Source of the DNA: a virus
Length of the DNA stretch: 64,000 nucleotides
IMG/VR virus record: IMGVR_UViG_3300010151_000008
Location: 1 to 64,000 of that record
Reading direction: 5' to 3' (one strand)
The notes below the pieces were generated by a model. It did no database searches and was not told the origin of the DNA. It worked only from the letters and a program-made list of their open reading frames with translations. The translations under genes were made by a program, and so were the position numbers. Below, one piece after another: positions 1 through 8,061 of this stretch (position 1 is its first letter; each line of letters starts with the position of its first letter).

Positions 1-129
1 ATAGGATATCGGACCGTAGGGACCAAAACGGGCGCGGGGTCACGGGCCTGGAATATTAAATGGTCCGGTGAATCAGTTGAAAAAGATGTTCCCCGAAATA
101 CATTTACGATCGAAAAAGATAAAGAATAA
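1..129 (+). CDS. 3' end of hypothetical protein (truncated by window edge)
   Basis: Frame 1 is open from base 1 to TAA 127-129 (...VEKDVPRNTFTIEKDKE*), overlapping the next ATG as TAATG. Confidence 0.6.
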   Translation: MGYRTVGTKTGAGSRAWNIKWSGESVEKDVPRNTFTIEKDKE

Positions 130-383
130 TGAAACTCACTAGGTCTCTGCTCAAACAATTGATCTATGAGGAAATTGCCCAAGCCGAGCCCTCTCGCTTT
201 GATCCTACCGATGTTGCCGAGGAAAAGAAATGTGACGCCGGTGAACATCGATGTACTTCGGGAGGGAAATGTACTAAAAAATCATGTAACCATCCAGTGG
301 GAATGATTGCGTCGGTAGATCTTAAAGAAAAAATTGAACAACTAGTTAGAGAGGAATTTGAATCTGTGAGGGGTACAAAATAA
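129..383 (+). CDS. Small phage protein, possibly head-associated, with a Cys-rich central segment
   Basis: MKLTRSLLKQLIYEEI start and KIEQLVREEF end motifs; TAATG-coupled at both ends. Confidence 0.7.
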   Translation: MKLTRSLLKQLIYEEIAQAEPSRFDPTDVAEEKKCDAGEHRCTSGGKCTKKSCNHPVGMIASVDLKEKIEQLVREEFESVRGTK

Positions 384-526
384 TGAAAAAACTATTAACT
401 GATAGCTTAGTATTAGCAAAGCAAATAGCGCTACTTCAAGCTTCTAGAGAAGTATATGTAGTTCTTGCGGCAGCAAAGCTCGGAGCCTTTGCAGCCGGAG
501 TAGTTGCAGCCAGTATTTTACTTTAA
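383..526 (+). CDS. 47-aa hydrophobic small protein (not in ORF track)
   Basis: MKKLLTDSLVLAKQIALLQASREVYVVLAAAKLGAFAAGVVAASILL*; TAATG coupling; GAGGGG upstream. Confidence 0.6.
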   Translation: MKKLLTDSLVLAKQIALLQASREVYVVLAAAKLGAFAAGVVAASILL

Positions 527-551
527 ATAAACAAAAAAATAGCATGTTTTG

Positions 552-580
552 ATTACCTCCTAGTTACTATAGGGGGTAAT
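552..580 (+). promoter_or_regulatory. RBS-sequestering hairpin overlapping a putative late-promoter motif (CTAGTTA)
   Basis: ATTACCTCCTA pairs with TAGGGGGTAAT (one G-U); the GGGGG RBS candidate for ATG 585 is in the 3' arm. Confidence 0.5.
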
Positions 581-584
581 TTTT

Positions 585-1190
585 ATGTTACGACTATTAT
601 TTGTTGGTTTATCTCTTATATCTTTAATCGCCTGTTCGCCGGCTTTGCCGTCTCCTGTAGATGACGATGACGCCACTCCTCAGAGCGAAGATGTGGAGGT
701 TCCTTTATACGATCCCGGCGTTGACTGGGAAATATGTGCGTCGTCGGAAGGCGATCACCCATGCAATATTATTGCTGTTGATCACAATGGCGACGAATTT
801 GATTTATATGCTAACTACGGATCTTTGATTGTAGTTGATCTTTCTGCTATGTGGTGCGGACCATGTAACAGCGCGGGCGCTCATGCCCAAGAGGTGCAAG
901 ACATGTACGCCTCAGATGATCTTATATATGTTACTGTTTTAATTGAAAATCGTCACGGTGTTCCACCATCAGAGGCTGACATTCAGCAGTGGGCTTCTGA
1001 CTATAACAATACCACATCTCCAGTAATAGCCGGCGATCGGGGTATGCTTACGAGCAGTGGAGGTTCCTGGGATCTTACGAGTTGGCCAACTTTCTTTTAT
1101 ATTGATCGAGAGATGGTTATTCGAGATGTAGACAAGGGATACAGCGCAACAGAAGTTGTTTATTCGATTGAATGGTTGCTGACGTTGTGA
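585..1190 (+). CDS. Lipoprotein with TlpA/thioredoxin-like domain
   Basis: Signal peptide with lipobox LIAC, acidic linker DDDDAT, WCGPC active site, WPTFFYID cis-Pro motif. Confidence 0.85.
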   Translation: MLRLLFVGLSLISLIACSPALPSPVDDDDATPQSEDVEVPLYDPGVDWEICASSEGDHPCNIIAVDHNGDEFDLYANYGSLIVVDLSAMWCGPCNSAGAHAQEVQDMYASDDLIYVTVLIENRHGVPPSEADIQQWASDYNNTTSPVIAGDRGMLTSSGGSWDLTSWPTFFYIDREMVIRDVDKGYSATEVVYSIEWLLTL

Positions 1191-1209
1191 TAAACTGAAG
1201 TTATATAAG

Positions 1210-1542
1210 GTGAAACGTCACAGTTCCAGAATTGCTAAAATTACTGACTGGGCTCTTTTTATTCTTACGCTACTCACTTTTTTCGACTTGGTCATGACAA
1301 TATTGTGGGTGGCTTCTGGCGAGGCCACGGAGGCAAATCCAGTAATGGACTTTTTCCTTCAAAGGTCATTTTGCTTATTTGTCATAGCAAAGCTCTTTTT
1401 GACTTTTGGCGGAATATTGATTTTAGATCGATACAAAATTGTTGCGGATAAGTTTATTTTCAAGGCTTCTTTATTTCTTGTATTAATTTATGCGCTCTTA
1501 ACAGGGTGGCATATTATTGGCGCCTTCGCGACTCTTACATAG
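1210..1542 (+). CDS. Membrane protein, DUF5658-like
   Basis: Three hydrophobic helices; D-x-x-x-T...EANP(V)M motif. Confidence 0.7.
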   Translation: MKRHSSRIAKITDWALFILTLLTFFDLVMTILWVASGEATEANPVMDFFLQRSFCLFVIAKLFLTFGGILILDRYKIVADKFIFKASLFLVLIYALLTGWHIIGAFATLT

Positions 1543-1576
1543 TCTGATTCTGTTGTCGATTACTACTTAGTATACG

Positions 1577-1825
1577 ATGATAAATATCAAACACCTAGAA
1601 GAGGCCGGCCAGAATTATTTTCAACACATGTGGTTTGCCGGATGGGTAGCAGTTCGGCTATTGGTAACAGCGATTGTGTTGTTGCTTCATGCTATTCTAC
1701 CAATTCTTCAAATGCCTAGGTCTCTTGATATTGCGCGCACATCTGATTTTTTGTTTGATAAAGATTATGATTTAAGGGTGCGCAAGATGAAGGTGATGGA
1801 CAGAGATGCATCAAATACAAAATAA
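1577..1825 (+). CDS. DUF6356-like membrane protein
   Basis: HLEEAGQNYFQHMWFA...HAILP pattern. Confidence 0.7.
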   Translation: MINIKHLEEAGQNYFQHMWFAGWVAVRLLVTAIVLLLHAILPILQMPRSLDIARTSDFLFDKDYDLRVRKMKVMDRDASNTK

Positions 1826-2723
1826 TACAACTGAAGATATCACCCATCTAGTTGATATTATCGAAAAATTCTTGCCGTATAGTCGGGAAAAGCTTGGATT
1901 TCACAAGCCTGTTATGCTTTCTTTTCAATCCGATGAGGAAAACGCTAATCGCATCCTAGGCAAGACAGCCTTCTATAATCCGGCAGATTTTAGCGTGACG
2001 GTGTTCATTACTGGGCGCCATCCAAAAGATGTTTTGCGCTCTTTGTCTCATGAATTGGTTCACCACGCACAGAATTGCCGTGGAGACTTCTCAGAAAATG
2101 ATAATGTGGGCCAAGGATATGCTCAAAAAGATCCCCATATGAGAAACATGGAACTCGAAGCTTATGAAAAAGGAAATATTATCTTTAGAGACTTCGAAGA
2201 TCTAATTAAAGCGGGGAAGATTAACATCAAACTAACTGGAGAACCCAAAATGACAATTCAAGAGTGGAAAAATAACGAGCTTAATAAGCTGTTACTAGAA
2301 AAATGGGGATATCGCAAAGAAGACGATAAGGCCGAAGAAGACGAATCCGCCAACCAACGAGGAAATCAAAAGGTTTCTATGGAAGACGAGATGGATCTAG
2401 AGGAAGGCGCCGCAGATTGGAAGGCTATAGCTGATGCTCCAGAAGATCCCACCGATGTCCCTACGGCGACCGCATTACAACAAAAGCGCACCAAAGAGCG
2501 CGGCGAATGGGGAAAGAAAGTTCGTGGAAAGAGCGGTGTTACCGGTAAGCGCGACAGACCCTTTCCAGCTGGATCGAAGAACGTGATGACCATGGGCGAA
2601 GGTTGTCCCCATGACGAAGACCAAGAAGATGAAGATACTGAAGTTGATGAGCGAATGCTTACCCTAAAAGAGGCTCGCGACGTTGCCCGTAGAATTTTTG
2701 AGCGTATTCAAAAGGAACTGTAA
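1806..2723 (+). CDS. HEXXH metallopeptidase-like phage protein with acidic C-terminal extension
   Basis: RHPKDVLRSLSHELVHHAQ plus downstream ELEAY. Confidence 0.7.
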   Translation: MHQIQNNTTEDITHLVDIIEKFLPYSREKLGFHKPVMLSFQSDEENANRILGKTAFYNPADFSVTVFITGRHPKDVLRSLSHELVHHAQNCRGDFSENDNVGQGYAQKDPHMRNMELEAYEKGNIIFRDFEDLIKAGKINIKLTGEPKMTIQEWKNNELNKLLLEKWGYRKEDDKAEEDESANQRGNQKVSMEDEMDLEEGAADWKAIADAPEDPTDVPTATALQQKRTKERGEWGKKVRGKSGVTGKRDRPFPAGSKNVMTMGEGCPHDEDQEDEDTEVDERMLTLKEARDVARRIFERIQKEL

Positions 2724-2971
2724 TGGACTTAAATCGTATGACAAGAAACTTCTTGCTTGGCGAATCAAAAAGGCCCGCAGTGGAGAGTTATATTCAATCC
2801 ATTCTTGAAACTCTTAATGCGGTGATGCCCAGGTCTCAGCGAGATACGCGACGGATCGAGATGGCAAAAACTAATTTACGAGAAGTTCGCAAATATTGTA
2901 GAACTATGCAAGAACAAATTCAAGTACTTGAAGAGCAAGTTAACTTACTAGAAGAAAGTAAAGGAGACTAA
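2723..2971 (+). CDS. Coiled-coil hypothetical protein
   Basis: AAGGA RBS, TAATG coupling, heptad-like C-terminus. Confidence 0.65.
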   Translation: MDLNRMTRNFLLGESKRPAVESYIQSILETLNAVMPRSQRDTRRIEMAKTNLREVRKYCRTMQEQIQVLEEQVNLLEESKGD

Positions 2972-2974
2972 AAT

Positions 2975-5092
2975 ATGGGTGCTGTTCAAGGCCATATGTC
3001 TCACCTTTATGACAACCCGAACTTAAAGTTTGGTCAAATAAAGGATGTATTTCAAAAAGCCGCCAACGGAGAATTGGAAGGTACCGAAAAAACCGATGGC
3101 CAGAACATCATGCTGTCGTTTGACGTCCGCGATAACACAGCTAGAGCTTCGAGAAATAAAGGACACTTCAAGGCCGGCGGATTAACTCCGGACGAACTTC
3201 AGACATTTTTTGGGGGCCGAGGAGATTTAGAACATTCCTTCTCCGACTCTTTTCGGGCATTTGAACAAATGGCGCGTAGCCTCCCTGAGGATGCTCAAAT
3301 TAAACTTTTTGGCCCAGAAGCTAACATCTATTATAATGCAGAGGTTCAAGATCCTCGCACATCTAACGTTATCAATTATGATGTGTCCACCCTGACTATT
3401 CACAGAAAAGGCCATGGAGAATATAACAGAGAGAACGGCGATCTAGTTCGTCCGGTTCCGGAAGAGTATGCAGCTTACTTAGAAGATCTTCTGGGGCGCG
3501 TCGAGGATAGAATCGAAGCAACAGATTACAGAGTGCAAGTTAATGCGATAAGACAATTAGAAAAATTAGCAAATGACAGCATTCTTAACCTTGCTACTGC
3601 GCGCCTAGATAGCTTTATGTCCGCAGCGGGCCTCTCTGACAATAATACAGTTGGGGAATACTTAGTACAGTCGTTAGAGCGCAAGATCGATGCTACGATC
3701 CCGGAAATAAATTTAGACGCCAAAAAGCTTTTAATGAAACGCATGTTCGAAGAAGTATACGGTACCGAGGACAAAAAGAGAAAAGTTACACAACGAGCCA
3801 TCAAAGACAGTCTAGAAAACCCCGATCAAGCGCCGGAAATAAAACCCCTTATTGGCAATTCTAAACTAATTGTTGGAGACTTTATTCTGCCGCTAGAAGA
3901 CATCGTTCATGATTTCTCAGTCGAGGTGCTTCGAAGCCTAGAGAGTGCATTCATTGCTGACAACACTGCTGAGCTAGAACGTCAAAAGGGAGAGGTGCGT
4001 AAAGCGATTGAAGCAATCGAAGCATCTGGTAATGAAGAGGCGATGAAGATTTTACAGCAGCAGATGAGAAAGCTAAAAAATGCAGAAAATATATCTACGG
4101 CCGCCGAAGGGTTTGTTTTTGATTATGACGGCCATACCTACAAGTTCACCGGAAACTTTGCTCCCGCTAACCAGATTTTAGGACTCTTCAAGTATGGTCG
4201 AAAAGGCATTCCGCCTCTTCAGCCGATCGACGCATCAGAAGTTTTATACGAAAAGCTCGATTACGTTATAACCTCTGAAAAACCATTTATTGCCCTTTAT
4301 CCCGGCAAATTTAAGCCACCTCACGCGGGACACCTTGGGGTGGTAAAAGAATTGGCCAACAACCATGGGGTTTCAAAAGTAAAAGTAATGATTTCACCCC
4401 GCCCCCACAAAGGAATAACTGCCGAGCAATCTAAGAAAATTTGGGAACTCTTTCTTAAGGGTCTTGTGTGGGCAGATAAAGTAGAGGTTGAAATTGCTAA
4501 GAATCCGTCTCCAGTTGGAGCTGTTTATGATTATATTGATAGTGCCTCTTCGTCAAAGCCAGTTTTGCTGGCTGTAGGAGAAAAAGATGAAAAGGACGGC
4601 CGATACGCTGCAGCCATAGAAAGAGGACAATCAAGACCACAGCGCCTCAATCAAGCTCCGCTGGATGTGGTGATTGATGCTATCCCATCCCAGGCCGGCG
4701 GATTATGTGCTACCGATATAAGAAGGGCCATGACAGAAAAAACACCCAGAAGTATAGCGAAAGTGAGAGAGTGTTTACCTCCCCATATCTCCCTAGAAGA
4801 TAAAGAAGAAATTATGAAGCTTATGACGCCGGCGGTCCAGGAGGTGCCGCTTGCGGAATCTTTTCGCACCGATGATCTTTATGGGCTAATAGACGAAATT
4901 CTCGATGAAATGTCAAGCATGGGAGGAGGTAACGTTCAAGGAGCCGCAACCTCTAGTACTGGAAAGGGCCCATGGGTCGATGCAGATATAGAAGAGGAAA
5001 ACGAAGAGCAAGCAAAAGACTCGGAACTAAAAGGTGATGTAAATGCATTAATTCATGAAGTGGCTAACTATTTACTGCAGCCGGGGATTTAA
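2975..5092 (+). CDS. Fusion of an ATP-dependent ligase-like (KxDG) domain and an HxGH cytidylyltransferase-like domain
   Basis: TEKTDGQN, NAEVQ, EGFVF and YKFTG in the N-terminal half; YPGKFKPPHAGH and ATDIR in the C-terminal half; AAGGAG RBS. Confidence 0.7.
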   Translation: MGAVQGHMSHLYDNPNLKFGQIKDVFQKAANGELEGTEKTDGQNIMLSFDVRDNTARASRNKGHFKAGGLTPDELQTFFGGRGDLEHSFSDSFRAFEQMARSLPEDAQIKLFGPEANIYYNAEVQDPRTSNVINYDVSTLTIHRKGHGEYNRENGDLVRPVPEEYAAYLEDLLGRVEDRIEATDYRVQVNAIRQLEKLANDSILNLATARLDSFMSAAGLSDNNTVGEYLVQSLERKIDATIPEINLDAKKLLMKRMFEEVYGTEDKKRKVTQRAIKDSLENPDQAPEIKPLIGNSKLIVGDFILPLEDIVHDFSVEVLRSLESAFIADNTAELERQKGEVRKAIEAIEASGNEEAMKILQQQMRKLKNAENISTAAEGFVFDYDGHTYKFTGNFAPANQILGLFKYGRKGIPPLQPIDASEVLYEKLDYVITSEKPFIALYPGKFKPPHAGHLGVVKELANNHGVSKVKVMISPRPHKGITAEQSKKIWELFLKGLVWADKVEVEIAKNPSPVGAVYDYIDSASSSKPVLLAVGEKDEKDGRYAAAIERGQSRPQRLNQAPLDVVIDAIPSQAGGLCATDIRRAMTEKTPRSIAKVRECLPPHISLEDKEEIMKLMTPAVQEVPLAESFRTDDLYGLIDEILDEMSSMGGGNVQGAATSSTGKGPWVDADIEEENEEQAKDSELKGDVNALIHEVANYLLQPGI

Positions 5093-5095
5093 CTT

Positions 5096-5881
5096 ATGAT
5101 TGATAGAAAAGAATTTATGGAAGAGATAGCACTTAGAGAGCACATTCGTGCAGCCATCAAAGTAGTTAAAGCACGCCGCTCAGCGGCGGTGCCACCTATG
5201 CTAGCCGAAGAAAAGGAGCTGAGGTCTTTTATCAGACAATTGATTAAAGAGGGCTCCCCCGCTGTGGCGGCCGAACCTGTGCACGCCAATACGGGCATTA
5301 ATGCTCTAGAGGATTTGTTTAAAAATAGCAATCTGTTAACAGTTCTAAGACAGGGATATAAGTCTCTTACGAGCCGAAAGGAACAGAGAGAGTCGTATAA
5401 AAACCACATCTTGAACGCTGTAGATTCGGCACTCGAAACCCAGGATTCCATCTATAATGCAGATCATCCCGCACTTCAGGAGGATGTCAATATTTCTATA
5501 GAAGAAGACGAAGTTGACCCAGCCTTTATTGACGTCGAAAAAAAAGAGCCCACTGAAGAAGAAGAAGTTGATGCTTTTGCAATAACCGGACAAGATAAAA
5601 CGGGGCGTAATCGCGCTTACACCGACTTCAAGAACATTGATAAGAATTTAATTACCGCCTTTGACAATTTAGATGATCCAAATGATCGTGCTATGTTTAA
5701 GGATTATCTCATGACAAACTTAAATTTATATTTTGAAAGGTTTGAGGAAGAACTCCCTGCAGACCTTCCTGCGCCGGAGATTGAAACACCCGAAGGTGCC
5801 GACATAGCCACCGGAGAAGAAGTGGCTCTTGATACTGAAGAGATTGTAGAATGGCTAGCCTCCCACGACACGAAAAACTAG
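5096..5881 (+). CDS. Acidic hypothetical phage protein (possible head/scaffold-associated)
   Basis: 261 aa, very D/E-rich, repeated LR-x-x-IR-x-x-I-x-E helices. Confidence 0.65.
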   Translation: MIDRKEFMEEIALREHIRAAIKVVKARRSAAVPPMLAEEKELRSFIRQLIKEGSPAVAAEPVHANTGINALEDLFKNSNLLTVLRQGYKSLTSRKEQRESYKNHILNAVDSALETQDSIYNADHPALQEDVNISIEEDEVDPAFIDVEKKEPTEEEEVDAFAITGQDKTGRNRAYTDFKNIDKNLITAFDNLDDPNDRAMFKDYLMTNLNLYFERFEEELPADLPAPEIETPEGADIATGEEVALDTEEIVEWLASHDTKN

Positions 5882-6216
5882 GTCGTAATCGATATTTCAG
5901 CGTTTCTCATAAATTAAGAAATGAGGGAAAATCGTCTGAAGAATTTGAAGCGATTCTATCTACCTTAACTTTGGAAGATTTGATAGCTTTACGATTAGAA
6001 CTAGCTGGACGTTTAACAAGGGGAAAAATTCATGGTCTGCTTCAGTGGAAATCTCTTCCAGATGTCATCAAGGATGCTGCCATCAAGGCGGCCCTAAGTA
6101 TTAGTAGCACTAGAAAGGATGCTACCAGGATTCTGGGAATATCTGAGAGAAACTTCAAGAAAGCAGTAAAAAAGTACGATTCTATAGATTTTTTTGTTGA
6201 TGAAACCGATCACTAG
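5851..6216 (+). CDS. DNA-binding protein with C-terminal Fis-type helix-turn-helix
   Basis: AALSISSTRKDATRILGISERNFKKAVKKY resembles Fis/NtrC HTH_8. Confidence 0.65.
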   Translation: MASLPRHEKLGRNRYFSVSHKLRNEGKSSEEFEAILSTLTLEDLIALRLELAGRLTRGKIHGLLQWKSLPDVIKDAAIKAALSISSTRKDATRILGISERNFKKAVKKYDSIDFFVDETDH

Positions 6217-6222
6217 CATAAT
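6194..6222 (+). promoter_or_regulatory. Putative sigma70-type promoter for the tmRNA
   Basis: TTGTTG-17 nt-CATAAT; overlaps ATAATTA (late-like motif). Confidence 0.35.
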
Positions 6223-6300
6223 TATTTTGTATAGTCAAGTCTTAAAGCCTAGAAATTAGTATGATAAGCTCTAGGTTGGACGGACGGGTTTCGAACCAAA

Positions 6301-6614
6301 GGGGGTGACAAGGTTTCGACAGGGTAGAGAAACTGAATGGTGCAGGTTGTGCAATCTGAGATGATCACATTAAACTTAACTCAGAATTAACTTAACTGCC
6401 AACAACGCAGATTACGATTTAGCCTTAGCTGCTTAGTCCTTGGTTGCTCTTCACCAAGTGTTCAAGAAGAGCATTGATAAGAGAAACGCTTTTGTTAATG
6501 ATTGCGGATTAAAAAATTAACTATTTTGCTGCTTTAGAAAAAACAGCTAAACCTGTGAATGACCTGAAAGGGAAAATGCTTTGGACGTGGGTTCGATTCC
6601 CACCACCTCCACCA
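6301..6614 (+). ncRNA. ssrA: tmRNA (transfer-messenger RNA)
   Basis: 5' GGGGGTG pairs with 3' CACCTCC-ACCA with a G3-U70 alanine identity pair; GGTTTCGAC 5' motif; T-arm GTGGG-TTCGATT-CCCAC; tag ORF 6398-6436 ANNADYDLALAA*. Confidence 0.95.
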
Positions 6615-6622
6615 AATATATT

Positions 6623-7234
6623 ATGTATTTATCATATGGACTCTCAGACACTATTAAAGCTCTTAAAAAAATGGCAGTCGGCTTTTTCCTAGCGGGAGCT
6701 ATTCTTCTTTCTGTACTATATCTATTAATTTCCCCAGCTATAGCGTCTGACTATACCTCTAACTATGAAAAAATTCATGCTATCGATCGATCCCCACCAA
6801 GGGTTGCAAAATGGAAGTACACTCCCACCGTATTGGTGTGTGAGCACGCTCCAATAGACCAGATACGTGTTAGCAGTACAGTAGCATTTTGGGAGCATCT
6901 TGGGTACAAGTTTTACAGAACCATATATAAAGAAAATCACCTAAACAAATGTACGTCGCCGGCACCAAAGGGCTTTATAGTTGTTAAACTAGTTTCTCAA
7001 GAGGAGCTAGCCGGAATGAAGCCAACTACTCTAGCTCAGACCCATTTCTATGTCGACAATCAAACGTCCGAAATAGAGTGGGCTATCATATACTTGCGGA
7101 CTGAACCTATAGCCCGTGTTTTTGAACACGAAATTGGACACGCATTGGGTTTTTTACATTACAACAAGATTGGTCATCTAATGCACGAATATGTTGCGCC
7201 CGGCGGCTGGAGCACTGAAGGCCTAGACGACTAA
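6623..7234 (+). CDS. Secreted or membrane-anchored matrixin-like (metzincin) metalloprotease
   Basis: HEIGHALGFLH (HEXXHXXGXXH) followed by an LM Met-turn; N-terminal hydrophobic helix. Start moved to ATG 6623 because TTG 6581 lies inside the tmRNA. Confidence 0.8.
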   Translation: MYLSYGLSDTIKALKKMAVGFFLAGAILLSVLYLLISPAIASDYTSNYEKIHAIDRSPPRVAKWKYTPTVLVCEHAPIDQIRVSSTVAFWEHLGYKFYRTIYKENHLNKCTSPAPKGFIVVKLVSQEELAGMKPTTLAQTHFYVDNQTSEIEWAIIYLRTEPIARVFEHEIGHALGFLHYNKIGHLMHEYVAPGGWSTEGLDD

Positions 7235-7269
7235 TTTTATGTTTTATTAGAATGCTTCAAAATATTTTC

Positions 7270-7298
7270 TTAACAATATCGACTTTAATGGTTATAAT
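7270..7298 (+). promoter_or_regulatory. sigma70-type (early) promoter
   Basis: TTAACA-17 nt-TATAAT in an intergenic gap, followed by hairpin TGTCGGT-ATGTTC-ACCGACA (7305-7324). Confidence 0.65.
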
Positions 7299-7343
7299 AG
7301 TAGCTGTCGGTATGTTCACCGACAAAGGATTAGGAAGAAAACG

Positions 7344-7577
7344 TTGAAAAAAGAAAAAAACAAAGATCACAGAGATGGGCCTTCATGGAATAAGGTAGCA
7401 CGATTTGAACAATATTATGCGGCCGATGCTCGCCGCCAACAGCTCCTAGCAGCAGACCCCGAACTGCAAGTCAAAGTTCATCGAACAGGGCCAGACGGGT
7501 GTTATTTTAGTGTCAAGACGCGTGTAGATCCGGTGATAGACAAACTAAGATCTAAAATGCGTAGAGGAAAGAAATAA
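7344..7577 (+). CDS. Basic hypothetical protein
   Basis: TTG start with AGGA upstream; 77 aa. Confidence 0.6.
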   Translation: MKKEKNKDHRDGPSWNKVARFEQYYAADARRQQLLAADPELQVKVHRTGPDGCYFSVKTRVDPVIDKLRSKMRRGKK

Positions 7578-7582
7578 GTGGA

Positions 7583-7699
7583 ATGGAAGTACTAGCATTC
7601 CAACACAGGGGAAACGGCCACGGCAAAGGGCGCCGCAAGCACGGCAAAAAGAAGAGAAAAAGTCGCGCTAAAGGAAGCCGATCGAGCAAAAAGAAGTGA
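7583..7699 (+). CDS. 38-aa extremely basic peptide (not in ORF track)
   Basis: MEVLAFQHRGNGHGKGRRKHGKKKRKSRAKGSRSSKKK*; fills the gap; its TGA overlaps the next GTG start (GTGA). Confidence 0.6.
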   Translation: MEVLAFQHRGNGHGKGRRKHGKKKRKSRAKGSRSSKKK

Positions 7700-8061
7700 G
7701 AGCAATAAAATTAATAATAGTTCTTCTATTATTAACTTTTTCCTCCTGTAACGCTTACAGCGAAGGCCCCGATTTAGACCTAGATATGGATCAAACAGGT
7801 TGGGCGTGTGAGCATAATCTGTGGAATATCTGGCTATATAGAGAAACGTTCAATGTGCAACTGGTCCAAGCTTACTTTTACTCAGAACCAAATCAGCTGG
7901 GATGGTATCAGGCACTTCCAGAATCAGAAGAAAACTATTATCAGAAAAAATTTATAGATATAGGTAGACAATGCGCGCCATATGATGTAAAATACATTAT
8001 GTACTTCACAGATAAAGAGCCTGAAGTGGTTTGGATGCACTGGAATGAATCATCGGAGTAA
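7696..8061 (+). CDS. Putative lipoprotein
   Basis: MRAIKLIIVLLLLTFSS-C signal/lipobox. Confidence 0.7.
   Translation: MRAIKLIIVLLLLTFSSCNAYSEGPDLDLDMDQTGWACEHNLWNIWLYRETFNVQLVQAYFYSEPNQLGWYQALPESEENYYQKKFIDIGRQCAPYDVKYIMYFTDKEPEVVWMHWNESSE

Noticed and set aside
6244-6300. Possible extra tRNA upstream of the tmRNA (contains GGTTTCGAACC)
   Set aside because: No cloverleaf, acceptor stem or anticodon arm can be built; only two small hairpins.
6581-6622. N-terminal extension of the metalloprotease from TTG 6581
   Set aside because: It is the tmRNA T-arm and acceptor stem. Unlike the tRNA-Asn case, there is no strong SD or coupling, and downstream ATGs give a complete protein with its own hydrophobic leader.
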